A stretch of 64,000 bases of DNA, from NCBI RefSeq assembly GCF_006345805.1, contig NC_042998.1:173600001-173664000 (forward strand), given 5' to 3'. The position numbers were made by a program, and so were the translations under genes. The DNA comes from Octopus sinensis (Eukaryota). Shown one piece after another: positions 57,846 to 64,000 of this stretch. Position 1 is the first letter of the stretch. Each line of letters starts with the position of its first letter. Under the pieces are notes generated by a model that saw nothing but the letters and a program-made list of their open reading frames with translations, was not told the DNA's origin and searched no databases.

Positions 57846-58185
57846 TATATAAAATATAAATTAGAGATAAAACCACTATTATGCAACTCAAACAGTGATA
57901 GACATAAACCAAAACATAAATAACAAATAACATATTTTTATAAAACATATAACTTATAACTAGATCTTAAAAAGTATAAAAATGATTGATCAATATATAA
58001 GAAATAAGTAATAAGTAAAAAACTTATTATATATTGATCATTCATTTTTATACTTTTTGAGATCTAGTTATAAGTTATATGTTTTATAAAAATATATTTT
58101 ATTTGTTATTTATATTTTGGTTTATGTCTATCACAGTTTGAGTTGCATAATAGTGGTTTTATCGCTAATTTATATTTTATATATA
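57846..58185. repeat. Long AT-rich inverted repeat (~155-bp arms, ~20-nt spacer)
   Basis: ...gataaaaccactattatgcaactcaaac... versus ...gtttgagttgcataatagtggttttatc... Confidence 0.92.
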
Positions 58186-58351
58186 TATATCAACAACACC
58201 TTGTGTAAACAATCTCTTTATTTTGTATTCAGAAGCGTCGAAACGTATTGTACAGACAAGTTAGTATTTCGAACGCAGTATAAACAGTAAAATGACTGGG
58301 TATTATTACCCTAATAAAACAGAAAAAAGTTATCCACGAACAGCCATGTGA

Positions 58352-58420
58352 CAGTTTAGCTTACTGGCAGAGTACTCAGCCGGCATCCAAAGGATTCAGG
58401 TTCAAGTCCTTTGGCACTTT
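58352..58420 (+). pseudogene. tRNA-like pseudogene or isolated SINE head
   Basis: A-box tagcttactgg and B-box ggttcaagtcc at tRNA-like spacing; stems pair poorly. Confidence 0.4.
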
Positions 58421-58921
58421 GTTGACAAATATGCACATATATATGTGTGTGTCTGTCTACTCTGTGTGTGTGTGTGTATTTATGTAATATGCAAGTACAT
58501 ATTTACGTAAATACATATGTTTACAACCAGACACTTATATAATATTTTCATATACAACATACATTTAATAATCGTCCTCTCTATTACTACATTCTGGCGT
58601 CTTAAATAGAAAAAATGTTAATGTATCACCGCTGCCACCAGTTCTATGTTAATAAGATAATGTACGGATATGTTCGCCTTCTAGGCAGATGAATTAGAAC
58701 TCAATCCATGAACAAGAGTATTTAAATGTTTATTAGCCGAAGTGCTAATAAACATGAGTGTCTTCTTACCCACAGTCACTTAATCATTCTCCTCCCCCCC
58801 CCCTCTCTCTCTTTCACACTCATACACACACAAACACGCACCGTACACACTAGCACATACTTGTATATGTATGTATACGTATGTGCACATATATATATAT
58901 ATATATATATGATAGATAGAC

Positions 58922-58978
<57 letters not shown>

Positions 58979-59177
58979 CATACATATATATACATACACA
59001 CACACACATATATATATATATGTATATATTGTTGTGTCTGGGGAGAGTCATTCTCTTTGAGTGGCTTATAATTTAACACGCTCACCAGTAAAATTTTGCA
59101 CTTTTTATTTTTCTAAAAGAATATACTTCAACACACGAACTCACATAAAGAATCTTGCAAACCAAATCCCAAAACGA

Positions 59178-59242
<65 letters not shown>

Positions 59243-61052
59243 TATACATATGAAAATATACATGCTCGTACGTATGTGTATGCGTGTGTACAAACATACA
59301 TGCATACGCACACACACACACACACATATATATATAGCTGAACACTCACATTGCATAGTTATTGTTGTGTTCTTTCAGGCAACTTTTAAATCTCGACGAA
59401 GCTATGAGGCCCGAGAGGAACAATCTATTATGAAGCAGCATCTTATAAAACCATTAATCCGATTAGTTGATTGATGTAATTAGTTACCATTACTTATTTA
59501 AATTCCACCAAGTTATTTCAAATAAAACAGAAATTACATTTGATGTCTTTCATCTTTCATACTAACAAACGGTGATTGATTTATTTGTTATTCAATGTCT
59601 TTTTATTGAATGCTGATCATATTTATCGCATTCAGTAAAAATCTCCATTATATAACAGTTTCCGTTTTCCAAAATGTAATCGTTAAATTAGCTTCTTAGA
59701 CAATAAATTACTTGGCTGATTTCGTACGTTTTCTTTTGTTCAATTCCAAGATAAATGTAATCAAAGAAAACAATGCGTAAAGGGAATCATCCTCTTGTTC
59801 ACTTGAGCCTTCAAAATTATCTCGGGTACAGATTTTACTGAATGCTGGAATTAACATTCCGAAGCAATTTGTATTATATCAGTGATGCGTTCAGGAAACA
59901 TCATCCACAGGCTTGGGTGCATTTATCTTCCCAGCACAGATTCTGAGACACTTTGTATTATGTAAATCACGTTGCCAAATGTTACGTTCTCATTCAAACC
60001 CATTTGGAATTACTTAAGTGAAGTGTCTTTTGTTACTATTCTTAAATATTGATCAGCGAAAAGAAAGATTTGATTATGACGACGATTCAGTTGCACAGCT
60101 AAAGGCCGCTAAAGTTGTGTAGTTTATAAGAGAGCAAGTAATTAAAATGTTTAGATGGAGAAAGAAATGTAATATGTTCAATAATGACGAGAATCTGAAA
60201 ACTGATTATTTTGTAATTCACTGAAGAATATAACATGTTGCTTCAAGAGGTAATGTCTCTATGGATAAAGAAGGAGTCTACGACTCGAAACATTTTTGAT
60301 TGTATGGACAAAAGAAAAACAGCATATCTATACCTCTAAAAGAAAGACAATGATCAGCGAAATCTTATCAAGTTTACTTAATTATATAATCCAATGCAGT
60401 AATTAAAGAATCTAAATTTCGGATATATATATACACATATATACAAAGTAAGTAAATAATTGTTACTTCGCATATTCTCATATACTATATAACATGCGCA
60501 TAAATACATCATCATTAGTGATATCTAGAGTCATTAAGTAGTTCAAGCCTTTCGACATTTAGAAACTCTGGTTTAGGCAAAGCATTAGGAATTATCACAA
60601 CCCAGTTCCTGTACAAACAGCGCTACCTTTTTCATGTCTCATATTTCTTGATCCATAGCTACCTTTAAGACAACATCTGCTGCCTTGGTAATCGCCTTTA
60701 TGGCAATCCAACTAAACTAAAACAGTTATTTTTAATGAATATTATTTCTGGTTTTCTTAGTTATAAAAATAAAATGAATTCAGATTTATTTTGAATATTA
60801 GAGGATACCATTTCGTTGCCTGCTCATAAAGGTTAATAGATTAACATAACTGGTACGGCAGTGGGTTAAAAATCTTGTAGCATTTCGCTCATCTCTTCAT
60901 GTGCTGTGTTTAAACCTCTCAAAACCTGGCTTTCCTTTTTAGTTTTTTTTTCCATTTTGTGCTCGATAAGAATACTAATGACGATCCAAGATATGTGATC
61001 TCGTGCGTGCCTAGGTCAGCGGTCAAGAACTCTTAAGTAATATCAAAATAAC

Positions 61053-61857
61053 CGGGACTCTGTCGGTTGCGACGACGACGAGAGTTCTAGTTGATTCAAT
61101 TAATGAAACACTTTGAAGACACGCGTACCCATAACGTAGTTTTCAGTGTCACTCAGAAGGGCACAGAATGTGTTATGGTTGGCCCTTTGAAATACAGGTA
61201 TAATTCATTTTTGCCAGCTAAATGGACTGGAGCAACGTGAAATAAATTGTCTTACTCCAGGGTACAACATGCCACCGAGAATCGAACTATAAATTGAACT
61301 TACAATCGTGAACCACTAGGCCTTCACTGTTATCCAAATAGTTAAATAATTTCAAAACTTGACAAGAATTCAATAACTCGATATTTTGTTCAACATCTGT
61401 GAGTTTCTTACTTTGAGCTACGCTCTCCGATGCATTTTATCACGATTCTTTTGTACCATAGTTGACAATAAATATTCAGGTTGACAATATCAGACCGATG
61501 AAGTTAACATAATCATCCATTTTGTCAAAAGCTGTCATTCCGTCGGTCGCTACGACGAATGTTCCCGCTGAACCGATCACTGGCGCAGGCTGTCCGTTAA
61601 ATTAATGAGCAGCGCGTAACTAAGCACTCCACAGATACGCGTAGGATTAGCATAGTTCTCAGGGAGATCCAGTGAGACCCAGTGTAGAACAAGGCAGGCT
61701 CTTTGAAATAGAGGTACTACGCAATTTTTCCAGCGGAGTACACTGGAGCAATGATAAATAAAGTGCTTTGCTCAAGGACACAACGCGCTGACGAGTTTCG
61801 AACTCACGACCTTATGATGATGAGCATAATTCCCTAACCACTTATCCATGCGCCTTC
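61053..61857 (-). mobile_element. Two SINE family D copies (about 61053-61327 and 61540-61857)
   Basis: Colinear with 41735-42042. Confidence 0.75.
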
Positions 61858-63816
61858 ACACCATCAAAAGTAAGTCTCCACTGAAATGAGCTAACTATTG
61901 TAATGAATTTAGTGAAATTTATAATGAATGTTGTGGGCGACTTTACTTTTGGAAATTAGGCAATTTATGTTACCCTTCCCGCAATTTCACAACCACTACA
62001 TATTTCATTATATCGGTCTTTATTTTTTCTGCAATTATATATTTGATAGGAGTTTCAGAAAAAAATTAGGTCCTGCATTCTTAATATTATCTTCCCTGAT
62101 TCGAGTTCAAGAGTTAAAAATATAAGACAGTCTTATATCATAACAATGATTCTTATATTTGCTCATGTGTCTGAGATTGTTCTGAAATTACTCATAAGAC
62201 GGTTCCCCATTCCTTGCTATCAGACAATTCCTGTGCGATTAAAGATTTGAATTTTATCCATTAGCTACAGATATGATACATATCCATAATTTACTACAAA
62301 GAGCATTGCTAAAAATAAGTAAAGTTCTCTGGAAGGCTAGTTTTATGAATTACACAGGGTTGAACGCGTCTATGATTGATAAAATAAGGTGAGAGTATAT
62401 CTTTGTCGCACACTAAGGAGTTGAAAAATTCAGTAAATACAGAAGTATATTTGTGAAGGAAATCTTTTAGTAATTTAACTGGCTAAGGATGATGCTAACA
62501 GGGCTGGTGAAAAGGGAGTGTTGAACCCGTCTGTAATGCAAGCAACTTTACTATCAAGAGGGTTCTTGAAAATGCCAATAGTGTATATTTTAAATCTTTT
62601 GTCAATGAAATATTACTTCGGTTTTTCGGGGTTTTTTTTTACATAACAGAAAAACAGGAAGCTGGGTGCACTCTAAATTAGTTCATGTTTCTAAAAAGGC
62701 GTAAAAACATGGCATTCGGAGAATACTTGTGCTGCTTCAATTTGTACTTGTTTTTATTTATGTTGGTCTCGCTATTTAGCTGTAGATCAAGCTGGATAGA
62801 GAGGCATAAGATCAAATGCACTGACGATATAGCGGCCCCGTCTATTGTCCCATATTGGCAGCTTCACAGCAGTAAGTACATTATTTATCTGAGAATGAAT
62901 TACTTTTTCTAGCAAAGAAAGTGACGACGAAGGTTATTTCTTGATACTTAGATAACGTAAGACACTTGCGGACTCTACATCGATAACTAAAGTATTAAGC
63001 ATTAAGATATAATGAACATTAACAAATAAAAATGTAACAAATTGGCTAATTCATATATCAATACATACACACACACACACATATATATATATATAGTCCG
63101 GCCAATACATATTGAAATTCGGAACACAATGAAATATATACATATATATTGTTGCATTTCGGGATGGTCATTTTATTTATTTATTTTCTATTTATTTATT
63201 TGTTTATTTATTCATTTATTTTGGGCCAAATATGAGAATAGATGTAAATAGAGATAGATGTGCATATGAGAAATAGAGATAGGAGTATAAAAAAAGTAAA
63301 TATATAGAGATAAATTAATAAATATATAAATATATCTGCCACATACCTATGATAAATGTAGGACAACTATAGATAAAATAAATAAATAAAACTATATAAA
63401 GGGCATGAATACATACGAAGCGAACCCACACACACACGCACATGAAATTTCATGGACGGCCATAAAGATGTCAATAACACACCTAACTCATTCAGCAGTA
63501 GCGGCGATGGCAATAACAACAACTACCACGATGGCAACACAATGGGCGAACACACATACACAGAGGAATCCAGGAACAGTACCTTTTTTTCTCGGGTCTT
63601 AGGACAGCAGCAGCACAATGGGTTGTGAGGATGGGGTTGAGGAGAAGGTCCACTGCTGCTAAACATTATGACTCACACACAAACATACACACACACATAC
63701 ACACAGATATACACGTACACACACAAGCAAGGACGCAAATGCATGCGTACATAAGATTACACACCTTAGAAGAACAGAATGGTGTAAGTGGAGCAACAAC
63801 AAACACGGAAACGAAG

Positions 63817-63861
63817 TGTCACTGAAGAGGTCACAGATGTGTGACGAAAGATTTCCTGACA
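63817..63861 (+). ncRNA. Minimal type I hammerhead ribozyme motif
   Basis: UGUCA-CUGAAGA-g-GUCACA(gaug)UGUGAC-GAAA-gauUUCc-UGACA; stem III weak. Confidence 0.65.
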
Positions 63862-63904
63862 ATTGATGTAAAATAAATCAGACCAATAATAGACGAGTGA
63901 AGAA

Positions 63905-63936
<32 letters not shown>

Positions 63937-64000
63937 GCACCTTGTCGGAAGATATTATGCAAATCGTTTTTCTTTAAATAAAATGAATCTACATAGGAAG

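Overview
AT-rich, microsatellite-dense eukaryotic DNA. The SINE families and (TA)n load point to an octopus/cephalopod genome (inference). The only intact protein-coding region is a single-exon rhodopsin-class GPCR (28744-29859, +) of the FMRFamide-receptor-like type, with unusual TM6/TM7 motifs. The rest is mostly decayed mobile DNA: an L1/Tx1-type LINE, a Ty3/Gypsy pol remnant, Tc1 and mariner elements, a pogo-like MITE, non-autonomous Helitrons, an RTE 3' fragment, several Penelope-like (PLE) RT/GIY-YIG fragments and many tRNA-derived SINEs. The most interesting signal is a set of at least four well-formed type I hammerhead ribozyme motifs (14904-14961 -, 32951-33004 +, 57487-57550 +, 63817-63861 +) plus degenerate ones. 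They sit in short non-coding, often fold-back elements next to (TA)n tracts. One (57001-57680) has a ~495-nt monomer, a partial tandem copy and an inverted copy, as expected of a retrozyme-like or non-autonomous PLE that could yield a circular RNA. All folds and alignments were done by eye, and element boundaries are approximate.
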